A stretch of DNA of 64,000 bases, taken from assembly GCF_006345805.1 (NCBI RefSeq), contig NC_043000.1, positions 50,406,001 to 50,470,000 on the forward strand, given 5' to 3'. The stretch comes from Octopus sinensis (lineage: Eukaryota). The position numbers and the translations under genes are program-made. Shown one piece after another: positions 14,291 to 27,965 of this stretch. The notes under the pieces were generated by a model. It was given only the letters and a program-made list of their open reading frames with translations. It was not told the origin of the DNA and made no database searches. Positions within the stretch are counted from its first letter, which is position 1. Each line of letters begins with the position of its first letter.

Positions 14291-14466
14291 GTTTAGTCCT
14301 AAATTTTTGAAAAGTCCAAAGAAATTTTTCCTATGCCTTTCTAACTGTACTTTGCTACCTCTGTCCAGAAAAACGAGACGTCATACCTATATAGACCCCT
14401 TGTTATTTCTGGAAGGGAAAACTGCATATATATATATATACATACATACACATAATATATATTACG

Positions 14467-14504
<38 letters not shown>

Positions 14505-14569
14505 TAATGTGAGATAATAGTTTCACTGTATGCATATTAAATACATAGTGAAACTATTATCTCGCATTA
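14505..14569. repeat. Near-perfect palindrome next to (TA)n
   Basis: taatgtgagataatagtttcact ... agtgaaactattatctcgcatta: 23-bp arms with 1 mismatch. Confidence 0.9.
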
Positions 14570-14780
14570 CAATAGATGTTATTGCTTCACTTTTGACATG
14601 TAATATGGAAACAGTCTAAGAGATTGCTCTGGGCTCCCATTAGGCAAGAAGGGGAAAATTTTGGGGGGCCCTGACACTCCATATACCCTAAGTAGTGAAT
14701 ATGTAAAATTTGAATGAAATCAGTTGGGTAGTTCTCGAGTTTTAGTGATGCACACATACAAACATACAGACAGACATTCT
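14540..14780 (+). mobile_element. Helentron-associated (HINE/DINE-1-like) non-autonomous element fragment
   Basis: 3' end aaatttgaatgaaatcagttgggtagttctcgagtt...acagacagacattc..ttttatatatat is typical of HINE-like ends (recalled pattern). Confidence 0.5.
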
Positions 14781-16499
14781 TGCTTTTATATATATACATA
14801 TATTGGGCTTCCAGATGGTTTTAGCCTCCCAAATTCACTCACTATAGCAGAAGACACTTGTCTTCTGTGGGACTGAACCTGAAACCACACACACATAGTT
14901 GTAAAGCAAGATTCTTAACCACACAGCTGTGCCTGTACATATATGCACAACAGACTTAAATATATATTTTACCTTTTAATTCCTGTAAAATCAATTGTGG
15001 CCTATGACAGAGGGTCAAAAGTAAAACATTGTCTTTTGTTGAATTTAATTTTCTGGATAGAATTTAGTGTTTACTATAATTCAAATATGAATAATTAAAA
15101 AAAATTTGTTTAGATAACTACCTTATTAATTATTATATAAATATCTTCTTTTATGTTTAAAGAATAACAATACCAAAACTGTGATTGCAATGAAACTTAC
15201 ATACAGTTAACTAACTTATTCTCTTTTAATAAATAATAGTATAGAATATATAATAAGTGTAATTATATATCGAGTAATTTACTTGAAATAAGATGGCAAA
15301 AACCAGATTGCATAGATCAATGTTTCAGTGCTTACTATTACATTAAATACTAGAATCTAAATTCTCATGAAGTGCAACTGTATATCTCTAAGTTTGCTTT
15401 ACATTTTGCATTATTTATTAAAATGGTTGGCAGCAATAGACGGAATGACAAAATGCCTTGCAGTATTTACTTACAACAATTTATATTTCATAATTCTAGG
15501 ATTGTTGAATTAAGTACAGGTTAGGTACTAGATTCAGTATAATTGACAATGTGCTTCTCTGTAAAAACAAAATTATAGCCTTGCATATGTTAGAAACCAT
15601 TATTTATTGAAATGATAAATATTATGCTGTAGTTCTCTTTTTCACAGTTTTGATAACTATACTACTGTTGATACACACAATGATTTTAAGTAGATTATCT
15701 TATAATTTCAATATTTCTATCGAATGACTGGAAATTTAAGAAAAAGTCTTAATCTTTAATATCCAAATTAGTCAAATCTGGTTTACATAAAGACTGGTAT
15801 TTTTTCAAAGGAGCTGTTATCTGTATATAATTGATAATAATAAAAACAATGAAATAGGTTTCAATAAATTTGCTTTCCAATTATTCAACTTTCTCAGTAA
15901 TTGTTTTACCAGTGTTGTTATGATTTTTGATGGCTTTATCTTACTGGGTCTTCTTGGTATGAGGCTTGCACATATTTGATATAATGCTTGAGAGTAACTC
16001 AAGACTGTTTTGTCAGTTAAATTAGTTCATTAGTTCATAATAGCACTCTTCATTCTTCCTTAACCTTTCATACACAGTCATCACCCACATGCAACCGAGG
16101 CAATTCATGACAAATTTATACTAACTCCATGAACAAAAGGTTTGAAAACCTCTTTGGCTGGTAATCATCCCAAGTTTCAGTCTCTCTTCTTGAAAAGAAC
16201 AGACACACAATTACTGCACATAGCAAGGAAACATCATATTTCACTTCCCTTAAATATAAATAGCATGCAGCCTAAAGCCTTAAGGTTGCTACAAATGCTA
16301 AGGTTCACCATCACTTGGAAACTTTTCTGTCTATGATACATACTCAACATTGGAAAAACTGTGCTTTTTTTAAGGTTAGAAAATAATCAGACCCCAAGAA
16401 TTACTTAGCTAAAGTGGGATCCACAATGGCATCATGTTCCCACATTGCGGATAATGCTGCTGGTGCTGTCTTGCACTTACAGACATCTAGACATCATCA

Positions 16500-16765
16500 T
16501 CACCATCATCATTATTTAACATCTATTGTCCATGCTGGCATAGCTTCAATGGTTTGACTGGAACTGGCCAGCCGAGGTGCTGTCCAGACTCCAGTTGTTT
16601 GTTTTGGCATGGTTTCTGTTGCTGGATACCCTTCCTAATGCCAACCACTTTACAGAGTGTGCTGGCAGCTTTTTACATGCCAGTGGCATGGGTGTATCTA
16701 TGTAACACTGGCATGAGTGCATTTTACATGGCACTAGCACCTGTAAAAAACATGTCTCTATGTGT
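16500..16765 (-). repeat. Dispersed repeat family D
   Basis: Reverse complement of the 10780-10960 and 61130-61350 repeats, with a (gat)n tail. Confidence 0.65.
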
Positions 16766-19700
16766 GGATGACTGCGATATGGCCAGCTCACTGCTTGACA
16801 TACGGTGCGAGGGCATGGTCTAAATTTTGGTTACTGCAGTTACTCCTTCTCTAAGTTGCTGGTCTTGTGCTGTCACCTCATAGGCACTCCTGACTCATGT
16901 CCTTTTCTCATTACATCTATTGATTCCCACAAGTCCCTGCATAAAGCACTTCACTGAAGCTTTTTTTTTTTTTTTGTTTCTTTGTTACCTTTATTTCTAT
17001 AGCTGTTGATTTGCAACTTTTCAAGAGAAACATTAACCATTATCTAACTATGTAACTTTCATATAAATTAGAAGTGGAACAGGAGGTGATTTATCCTACT
17101 TATAGTTCAGCCAGTTGAAAACTTCTGATTGCATGTAAATTCTAAATTCAATGTTTCCTTTATTTGTATGAATATAAAATGTAAAGAGATAGGAAGTAAA
17201 TTGAATATCACCAGTCAAGATTTTGTATTGATAATTATAAATTAAAGTTAATTCCAATAAACACATTGTTTATAGCTCTTAATATTGTTTTAAGCAATTC
17301 AAGACACTATCAGGAATTGTACAATCTTTGAAATAAATTAATCAAATCATCTGAGTTCACTTCCTACATATAGCAGTATTAAAAGCCAGTAAAATTGATT
17401 CATGATTCTGTTGGCATTTTCTTATAAGAGAATAGGAAACTACATTGCAATAGTGAAGATTGATGAGGAGAAATTTCTAAAATATACTGATTACCTTTCA
17501 GCATACAATGAGTTTCTTTATGGAAAATAATGATTTGAGTTGAAGTGGTATTATAAAAATGAGAATGTTTATTATGAGAAAATCCTGGAAAGCCTTTGTG
17601 AAATTGAAATGTAGGAATTATGAAAACAAATTAGTTCCTTATCTCTCTCCGTTTCTGTTTTTTTTATGTTTTCTTTCAAAGATAACTGTTAAAAAGTTAA
17701 AAATAAATATCTAATTGTGATTGATGCAAAACTCAAAATATGCAGTGATAATGAATAGTTAATTTACAAGTATTTATGCATATTTTGATATAAGTTTTAT
17801 TCATGCCATTAAATATATTAATATTTCATGATGCTGTCAAAATTATCTTTCTGAAATTGTATACAATCATAAATATTTTTACTGAAAAAGGCCAGAATGT
17901 TAGAATAGTTTGTTGAAAATTGAAATTTAGATAAAGGAAACAATTTTCAGAGATGTTAGACATTATATGAATTGAGTTGAGACAGTGAAAAGAGGACCAG
18001 GCCCAGTGATAAGTGTCAGTTCCTTCATAATTATAATTTAATTTCATAATAACTGGAACATATGTAGCTGCTTTTGCAGATTATCATTTTGTAGACTATC
18101 ATTTACTGGCGCATGACATCATCTACTAAGTCACTTTCCACTGTATTGTTAGACTTTACTTCAATTGTGATAGCCATACTCACTGTAAGATAACTTTGAT
18201 CAATAAAGATTAAGCACAATTTTCAGTACATTTACAAAAGTTTACTCATTGGTTATAAACATCTGATGGCAATCATTATCTCTACTGTTTAGCAAAGTTT
18301 AGCTTTTTTTTTAACATGTCTTTTTTTTATAAGCATATGGATTTAACCCTATTGAGTTTCTGCTCTTTATAAACTTTAAGTAAATATCGGTAGAACACAT
18401 TAATGATTTGCAATGGTCTGATGTTGAAATTTGTTGTGCCTTTTGTTAAAATTATTAATTGATATTGCTCAGTGAAAATGTTTACATTTGACATCAATAT
18501 TTTTCATTTTCCTTTGACTATTTATTAATTTCTTCAAAACAAAACTAATTTGTCAAAGTGAAAGATTAGAGATAATTTTCTGTTAATCTCATTTTCCTAT
18601 CATACATTATTTAATAACAACAAAAAAAAAAGAACTATTTTTATTGATGTTGTTTCTTTTGGCTAAATCTAATCAGAAATCGGCAGAATGCAATAAGACT
18701 TCTCTTGATATAATAGTTTTGCATAAATATTTTGTGGATTGATGTGGAAATAGTACAAACACATTTTTGTGCATCAGTAAAAATATTCTACCATTAAAAA
18801 TCATATATTTTTTTCTTCAATGCAATAAAAGTTATGTATATCTAGATAAATAGAAAATATCTTAAATATTATATGATTTGGATTAGCTTAAGCCACCTGC
18901 TTTAAAAATTCTTGCAAAGTTTGAAATGGAGTATTTCGTTCAAAATTACAAAATAGCCAAGAAGTAAAAATAATGAAATATTTATTGTATATAAAGCAGC
19001 GTATATTTTTTGAAAATTGTTAGTTGTTTTGGTTTAGAGTCAGTAATTTTAAGCCATTATGTGATTAATATCTGCATGATTTCTCTAGCATCAAAGTCTT
19101 CAATGTATTTGTATACATTTTCCTATTGTATCTCAGACATTTGCAGAGAAAATGTTTGTCCGAATTTGTACTAAACAATCAAATCTAAGACATTAGTAAT
19201 CATGTGATTCAACAGAAGAATATGAATGAAATATGAAAAATAAAATCTTTAGAAATTAGAAAGAATGCAACATATCAAATAGCTTTCATGAAACGAAATG
19301 TCATTAAAAAAAATATCTCCATTTCTTTAGGATATTTACTGCATAATAGTTCCTTTATCATCTTTTGATGCTAATATTCTCAGTAAAGCTTACTGTGATA
19401 GAAGTTTCTTATGCCTGCCTATAAAAAATGTTATTGGCAAATTTATCATAAATGTCATTATATAAATTCATCTTGATATACATGTGCCATAAAAAGTGAT
19501 ATTTGATATATCTTCTAGTCATTTTCAATAAAGATAACTAATACTGCTATACTGCTGATAAATAGTATCTAGCTGATATGAAAACATAATATCATTCAAA
19601 CATTTAATTGACTGAAAGTTCTGAAGACACATCTCTTCATAGCAGTTATATCATGTATTTTGAACTCTTGTAAAAATGATTGTGTCTAGAGTTCTGGCAG

Positions 19701-20119
19701 ATGATGTATTTAACATGTATATGTGTAATTGAAATACTATTTATGATACTGTATACATAAATGTAAAGGTGTCTGTCTACATATGTATATTCAGTGCAAT
19801 TAATTCATAAATAAGACTCTGCTTCGCAGTTTCTGTTTTGTGAATTTATTAGCTGATCCAAGTGTTGCATTACCCCAAATAAGTAGCAAAAATTTGACAT
19901 ATCTACAATTCAAACATTTTGACTGTTTGGGATTTATTGAAATATTCTGAGCAATACAAGTAATTGTTTAAAAATTGTAAAGAGCTGCCCATTAGGTACT
20001 GGTTGCTGTAAGCATTAACATGTGTGGCGTAAATGTCCTTTTGCATATACATTCATATAATTATGCACAAAAATGTTTATATAGATTTAACTCTCTTTTA
20101 TTATATAAGATTCCTAAGA

Positions 20120-20320
20120 TGGCAAGCTGGCAGAATTATTAGCACACCAAACAAAATGCTGAGTGACAGGTCTTCCAGTTTTATATTCAAAGTTCAAATT
20201 TGCTGTGTCTGATTTTGTCTTTCAGAGTTGATGAAATAAATACTAGTCAAGTACTGGGGTCAATGTAATCAACTGCTCCTCTCTCTTGAACTTTCAAGCC
20301 CTGTACCTATGATAGAAAGT
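20120..20320 (+). mobile_element. SINE family A, degenerate
   Basis: ggcaagctggcagaattattagcacacc...aagttcaaatt...tactggggtcaatgtaatcaact. Confidence 0.7.
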
Positions 20321-20645
20321 ATTATATGAAATATCTGTTATTTTAATAATAGAAATTCGAGATATCTTGATTTAAAGTGCACTGATGAATAAACATATGC
20401 ATACAAAATTATATACTCTTTACATTCTTATTCTTTATTCTGGCATTGTAGAAAGATATTCATAACTTTTGTTTAGTAGGTCTTTTATTATTAAAAAAAT
20501 GCTTTTCTTTTCTCTCTTTGGAAATTTTATGATTGCATAGACATAGATATATTAAATATTTTATTAATCTCTATAGATGAGGTTAATAGTCTGAAAAATT
20601 GCAATTTTACTGACAACAACTCTTCTGAGACAATTTGGCATTTAA

Positions 20646-20888
20646 CCCTTTAACTGCAAAATTAAATTTCATGGTTATTTCAGTTATGATGATAAATATC
20701 TACCAAAAGACAGAATTGGTATTTTTTTGCAAGTCGCATTGCCTCAATAAACTTTACGCACCTCAACGAAAAGTAGTTTCAAGCATGACATTCCCCCAAC
20801 AAAAGATAGATTGGTATACAGGACTGCTTTCTGCAGTTAAGAGTAATCAAACTTTGAGTGAATATATCTGATTTCTGCACTATAAGGG
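20646..20888. mobile_element. piggyBac-type MITE
   Basis: TTAA on both sides (20642-20645 and 20889-20892); inverted ends CCCTTtaactgca / tgcactatAAGGG. Confidence 0.7.
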
Positions 20889-20950
20889 TTAATCAACAAC
20901 TATTGTTACAGTTCTAAAGGTTGAAAATTGTGATGGAAATTTGCAAAGTA

Positions 20951-21202
20951 CGGGATGGCCCAAAAGTCACAGACAGTCTAAAAGATAAATAAATCTGTTT
21001 TATTAACATACTTTTATTTCTAATTCACACAATGTGACTCTTCACTCTAATGTAGAAATGTACATATATTTCTTGTATATATATATATGTATATATATAT
21101 GTATATATACACACACACACACTGTATGTGGTGCTAAGTTACTGTAAATTTAAAATAGCATTAATGAATTATTAACACCTTTGTGACTTTTGAGCGACCC
21201 TG
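20951..21202. mobile_element. Tc1/mariner-type MITE
   Basis: TA flanks; imperfect terminal inverted repeats (TIRs) cgggatggcccaaaagtcaca / tgtgacttttgagcgaccctg. Confidence 0.75.
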
Positions 21203-22185
21203 TATAAAAAAAAGATTCAAATGAAAAAAACAGTAAATCTTCACATTTATATTTTTATGCCTGCTTTAAGGGAAACAGTAGCAATACCAATAGGCTTGCA
21301 AATCATTTTTATCATTAACTGGTCATTGTTTTGAACTTAAATCATTTCCCATTATCAAATTATGAATATAAGCATTGTTTAGCATTGTTTGATTCTTTTT
21401 TTTTTTTTTGCTGTTAAGATTTCAGCCAAGTTAATAGTGTCAAGATTAATAGTTTTGTTTTCAGAAAATCCTCATGAATTCAAGATAGCTGCTTTATCAG
21501 TCAACGCAAAATAGATAACTCAGTAGTTTTGGATGCATTGCTGCCGGTGTTATTTCTTTACAAACTTTTATTGCAATTTATGATGCGTGGTATTTTAGTT
21601 ACGAAAAACATGTTAGAATTGTGATGGAAATACATTATTATTTTTTGGTAAAGATTTTGCAGGTGGTGGGAATTTATTGAAAAATTGACAAAAATTTCAC
21701 CTTTTTAAACATTCGTAGGAAGATATACACATATTTTCAAAGCATTGTTAGTTTAAAAATAATTTGTGGAATACTAAATAAACTGAGTATCAAGTCATTT
21801 GTGAAAATGTTAATAGATTAAAATATCTAATTAACCTTTTGCATCATAAAATGAATAGTTTAGATTTCTTTGATGCATATGGTTAAGCATATCAGTATAA
21901 ATTTCAGCATAAAATGTAATTTTTTATATGCTACTTCAGAAACTTTTCAAAATAAGCTGTAATTACTAACTCAAATTATCTCTTTAAAAAAATGTCTTGA
22001 AATTGTTTGTTGATGCTATCATTCACTCATTAACTAATTATATTTTTGACCCATGTAAAGTTTGAGTATTGAGTAGTAATGTTTTATATATATATGTGTG
22101 TGTGTGTTCAGATTTGGTCATCTGAGCCTGAATGAGCTAGGTTTCTGTAAGAAGCCTACAAAACTTTTAAGTTACTTGGAGTCAA

Positions 22186-22269
22186 ATATATATAATTCAT
22201 AATAAATGTGTCTTTTCATATATATATATATATATATGAAAAGACGCATTTATTAGGAATTACATATAT
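22186..22269. repeat. Palindrome centred on (TA)n
   Basis: atatatataattcataataaatgtgtcttttca-(TA)n-tgaaaagacgcatttattaggaattacatatat: 33-bp arms with 3 mismatches. Confidence 0.9.
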
Positions 22270-22368
22270 TACATATATAGTGATATTACATATACATTAT
22301 TAGGAATTACATATATAGTGATATTACATATACATATATATTACATATATAGTGATATTACATATACA

Positions 22369-22696
22369 TGGCTCAGTGGTTAGACCGTCGAGCTTATGAT
22401 CGTGAGGTTGTGAGCTCGAATCCCGGACCAGGCTGCGTGTTGTGTTCTTGAGCAAGGCACTTTATTTCACGTTGCTCCAGTTCACTCAGCTGTAGAAATG
22501 AGTTGCGACGTCACTGGTGCCAAGCTGTATCGACTTTTGTCTTTCCCTTGGATAACACTGGTGGCGTGGAGAGGGGAGGCTGGTATGCATGGGCGACTGC
22601 TGGTCTTCCATAAACAACCTCGCCTGGACTCGTGTCTAGGAGGGTAACTTTCTAGGTGCAATCCCATGGTCTGTGTCGTGACCGAAGGGGGTCTCC
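22369..22696 (+). mobile_element. tRNA-derived SINE, family B, CpG-rich (young) copy
   Basis: tggctcagtggttagaccg...gagctcgaatcc (A/B boxes); colinear with 9678-10012. Confidence 0.85.
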
Positions 22697-23648
22697 GAAT
22701 ATATATATATATATAAAATGTCAGTTTAATATAAATTAGTGTTCTTTTCTCATCATTTGTTGACATATTTATATATATATATGCAAAACAATTGACTACA
22801 ATTGAACTTGCAACCATTGTTACATTGGATATCAACACTGAGACTTGAAGGAGTATAAATTATAGAAGCATTTAAATATTAAAAATGGTACCAAAATACT
22901 GTTGAAATTGCCAGTTGTTTTTCTTAGGAGACTGTACTTAAATTAAGTAAACTGTTGAATCCCTGTTAGCAATAAAGGGCATGAATTATAACCTAACCAT
23001 AGAGTGCATAATGATAAGAGAATTTATCATAGCATATGCAGAAATCTGAAAGCTAAAGTTCATTATTTGCTAAGAATATACTATTCAGATAATTCATTGC
23101 AGAAAATTATTAATCAAATTTATAACTCCTCACCTGGAATTAGTACAGTTATATCTGATATATATATGAAATAATAAAATATGAATTGTTTCCATTCAAA
23201 CACTAACACCAATTTTTCTTAGACAAAATAGTGAATTACAGTTGAAATGTGTTTTCTTCATGTAAACAGCATGTGGTTACATATCAATAAAAGAGAAAAT
23301 ATTGAATGAGTATGGGAAAATAATATATCTGTTTGTTGTATTAGCTTAGTTTCTGTTGATAAAGAACTTTATTTCAATAAATAAAATTAGTTATATGCCA
23401 GATTGAGATGAATTTATCAAAATTATTAGCTGTTCATCAGATGTATGTTATCTTACATGAAACACAGCATAAGTAAATCCAAACATCAAACAGAATTAGA
23501 AATACGTTGTGCAATATATTTTAAAGTATAAGTTGAGATTGATCCCTACATTATTATCTGTGCAGTGTCCTCATTTAAACTGAGGATTTTTCCTCATCTG
23601 TATCTTGCTTTAACTATACATTTTATTTGATCTATAGATCCTCTATAG

Positions 23649-23727
23649 GTGAAACAACTTCAAGAAAATGAATATGTGGCAAGTAATGGGGTTTGCACTG
23701 TTTTACCAGATTTTGCAGTGTTTAATG
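23649..23727 (+). CDS. Exon A of an unassigned micro-exon gene (VKQLQENEYVASNGVCTVLPDFAVFN+g); may instead be only 23710-23727 (18 nt)
   Basis: Acceptor ctctatag|G, donor ATG|gtgaat, open frame ending in phase 1. Internal acceptor ctgttttaccag| gives an 18-nt symmetric alternative. Confidence 0.5.
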
Positions 23728-26700
23728 GTGAATGATTTTATATTTGCTTCTTCAAATTCTGTCAATTCATAATTTTAGGGCTGTATCTTCCTTTCAAAAT
23801 TTATGGTAAAGAAAGTACGAGTTTCACAAAATTGCCATATATAATCATACACCTTAATACCTCGTATGGAGAAACATGAGAAGGAAAGTTTGCTATTAAT
23901 GAAAATAACATAGGCCCCTTACCAAGATAATGTATTTGTAAATACCTATTAGCTAATCAAACATGTTTTCTCAGGATAGTAAATATCATGTTATCAGCCA
24001 AGAATATTTAGGATTGTAAAGCAGGGCTTTAAATAAATATGCTAAAGTTCACAAATCAAATGTTTGCGTACCACGATGAAAAATGACTTCTAATATGATG
24101 AGTGGAGCCCTTCATCGAAAGAGAAAGATTCTTCTAACAAATAGCTCTGACTCAAATATTAGTACTTACTTCCTATTATTTATTAACTTAATCAATTTTG
24201 GCTAATTTATTTAGTATTTTTTTGTAATGGAGACCATAATTAATCCCCTTATTACTTTGTTGAATATGATACTGCTTAGAAATTTCAAGCACAGTCTACT
24301 TATTTTAAATTTGATCTGAAATATATGTTTGTGTGTGTGAGTGTTTGTGTGTGTGTGTGTGTGTGTATGGCAAATTACCATATGAGCATCTATTTTGGTA
24401 AATTAATAAAATATGTCTGTAATTGTTGTTTAAATTCTATTCATTTGAAATGAATAAACATGCAACAGTTTTGTTTGTAGAAAATTAATATTGACACATT
24501 ATGCCTTATTTTAGTCATACTACCACTTCTGTAATAAATAGTTACAAAGCAAAATATTAAGTCAAAATATTTGTATTTTGCATAATTTCTATGTGGCTAT
24601 GCCTGAAAATTACAGCAAACGTTTTTTTTCTTTTTACTTTTTATGTGTTCTTTGTGTGTGTGTGAATACTTGTGTGTAGCTACATGTGTTGTTTTTGACA
24701 CATTTGAATTTCTTTTGAAAAATATAAAAGCAGACTTTTAATGATGTAGTAACACATAATTGGAAAAAAATTGTTATATGATAAAACGTTAATGGCTTAT
24801 ATACACACAAGACTCGAAACTAGGTTTACAGAAATGTATCTGCAATTTTCTAAAACGAAAAACGATAAAAATCTTCTGAGTGCTTTTGAAGCATTTAACT
24901 TTTTCTTAACATTTAACTTCTTTCTTATTTCTATATTTCAAATTCAACTATGTAAAAAACATTTTTAGAAGATTTTATGTTGTATTCCAAAAGTAAATCC
25001 TATATCAAAAGTAATAGATTGAATTCTGGTTTTCTTTTAGAATAGTTTCTTGTTAGGAATTATGTTTTTCTTTTACTGTAAATCTTTGTAGATTATATAG
25101 AGTAAATAACCATTTCTTGATCCATGTATATCCATGTATGTTTTAAATAACTAGCTGAATGGCATTTTTTAAGAAGAAGCCTTAAATTCTGTGTGTGAAT
25201 GCTAATTAAAACTATTTTACTTAAAATCAGAACGATTTTCTTTGATTCTCGAAGACAACTTCACAGTGGGGGAAAAAAACCATCTGTGGCTCTTAAATAG
25301 TCATTGCTTAAAACTAAAGTTGTACACCAGTGAGAAAAGTTTGTAAAATTGTAGCAGAATATAACCTAAAATCTATGTTATTAGTTAAATAGGCTTCATA
25401 TACTGTATTTTTTTAAGCATTAAATTCTCTATGCTTAAGCATAAACCATTGTTAAAGGATAACATTAATAAATTATGCTAAGTATTAGAAGCCTGTCTTA
25501 AATATATGATCTAATTTTTGATGTTCTCTGAAGTATTGAGTATGGTTTAATGGTGGGACATGTTACTTGAATTGTCCAGCATGCATGCATCTTGGTTTCA
25601 CTGTGAAGCTTTTTAGTATGATGTCCATACATGGGAAATGTTTTATAGTTTTTAATTTCTTAGTGTTTACTCCTTTAGCATTCAGATTACTCTGTCAACT
25701 GTGATACTTATTTATACATTTTGTTGAAACATGTACTATCTTGTAGCTTCACAATTTCATGATGTGAATATTTATTTCTAGAGAGACATTGAAGAGTGGA
25801 TGAGAGCAGCTAGAGCTAGCCAGTTTGAACATAAAGTGGGTAGAATATTTGGTTTGTATATGGTTGGTTTAAATGCTAAAGGATTATGCTAGAAAGGTTG
25901 GAAATCTAAATAAATTTGGTACATAGTTTCTAAGTTGGAATTATTCTTTATTTTTTTTTTATTTTGGCCAAGTTCCATGCTACTCAATGTTATCTTTATT
26001 TTATTTATTATGATTCTGTATGATATGTAAATCACATGAAGGTGTCTGTGGTACCAACAAATTTTGCCTCATTATAGAATCTCTGTATACTGTTAAGAAT
26101 AAATAAATATATTCTATGGTTGTATCTCAGGAGGATCAACAAAATATTCTGTTGCAGTTTTCACTATTTTTCTATATTTTGTTTTAAAGAACATGCCATG
26201 CATTAGTTCATTATAGTTTTTGTCAATAAAATTGATGTGTATATATTGTTAACAACCGTACAAACCTTGATATTTATGAGGTAACCATAAATATTGATAA
26301 CTCGATTTTTATAATAATAATCACTCTCTTAAAATAAAGGAAATATAGGTCTGATTGCTTTTGAAGCTTTCTTAAAATTTGTTTCTGTCTGCCACTCCTT
26401 TGCACTTTTTGACCTGTCATTTAATATCTAAGAGGAAATATATTTTAATAGATTACCTAGCATCCAGACTGATAAATACTTTAGTTAAGGAAATAGATTA
26501 CACACACACACACACACATCAGTCTAGTTATTTATTATCCATTGGATGTATGTGTATGTGCACATGTTTGTGTGCATGCTAAGATTTATGGAAAATATTA
26601 CTGCTGAAGTCCAGGAAGGAAAGAATGAAGTAAATATTGTAGACATGCATATTTCAGAATTTATTGTTATATTAAAGGGAAGTACGAATGAAGAAATTAA

Positions 26701-27324
26701 ATGCTACTCTATTCTAAATCCTCATAAATTCTTAATGATAAGTCTGTCGTGAATGACTCGTTAAAGTTGTATATATACTAAGCTACTGTAACTAAAAGAA
26801 AACTTCAGATATAGCTTTATATAGTACTAATGTTTATTCCAAACTCCAGTCATATGAAAAGCTAAGTGCTCCGGGTAGAAAGCAATCTATTGGTTATAAT
26901 TAATTCAACATATAGTTATGTATAGGTAATCATACAGAAAAACGAGAAACTTAAAATAACTTTTAAATAGTTGAAATAATAACTGCAATGAAAAGTCAAA
27001 TCATTAGTATTAATGAAAACGTTCAAGGTAGAAATCTTTCGAAATTTTGATCAGCTAAAGCTTATATGGTGATATGTGGGTAAGTGAATGAGTCTGAGTT
27101 TTAGTAACCATGGTCATAAGTTTTTAAATTTATTGTGGTTTGTTGAACCTACTGAACAAAGCTTAGCTCACTTTGGTTGATAAAGAACAACTGTTAGAAG
27201 TAGTTTGACCAGTGAAATATTATAAATGATGAGCCTTGCTCAAGGACATAATGCACTGCCTGGCCTAGGAATCAACGCCACAGCTTTATCATGATTCCAT
27301 GACCATGACCAGTAGGTCTATGCA

Positions 27325-27497
27325 TGTATATATATATATGTATGTGTATATATATATGTATGTATATATATATATATATGTATATTTGTATATATATATA
27401 TGTATATATATACATAAATAAACACATATATATATATGTATGTGTGTGTATATGTATGTGTATATGTATATATATATACATACACATATATATATAT
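27325..27497. repeat. (TA)/(TG) microsatellite
   Basis: Direct inspection. Confidence 0.95.
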
Positions 27498-27965
27498 TTG
27501 TTTTAAAGCCTCTGTGTTAGAAAACACAGGCACTCGTATTTTGGTTAATAGAATAGGTATATTATCATAAATAATGTAGAATATTATATTCTTTTATGAT
27601 CTATTCTTCTAATCAGTTTCATACCAGGAGTTGAGATAATCCTGCGAATCATCAGAAAAGGCTGAAAAAAATATTATTTCGAGTCATTTCTCATGATTGC
27701 CGGGATTGTCACAATTCTTGGCATGAAAGTGATTGGCACAGTGATTGATAGAAGAATATAATGTTGTATTCAGTGCGCATCATCTGCCTTCCCTCATCAG
27801 TATCATTTATTTTACTTATCATTCATCTCATTTGTGTTTTGTCCAGCCTGCAACTGCTTCTATCTGTGTAAAGCTTTTATGGCTAATCTGATGAAATTAT
27901 TATTATAATCATCATCATCATTATTATTATTATTATGATTATTATTATTATTATTATTATTATTG

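Noticed and set aside
24096-24150. Box C/D-like (ATGATGA...CTGA) or hammerhead-like motif
   Set aside because: Terminal stem is offset, no recognisable rRNA guide, and hammerhead stems do not form.
25782-25839. Candidate exon RDIEEWMRAARASQFEHKV
   Set aside because: Weak donor, wrong phase, and resembles an RTE C-terminal relic.
27617-27761. Membrane-protein-like reading VEIILRIIRKG*KKYYFESFLMIAGIVTILG; considered UGA-to-UGG recoding by A-to-I editing
   Set aside because: No convincing donor, phase incompatible with the exon chain, and no evidence for editing.
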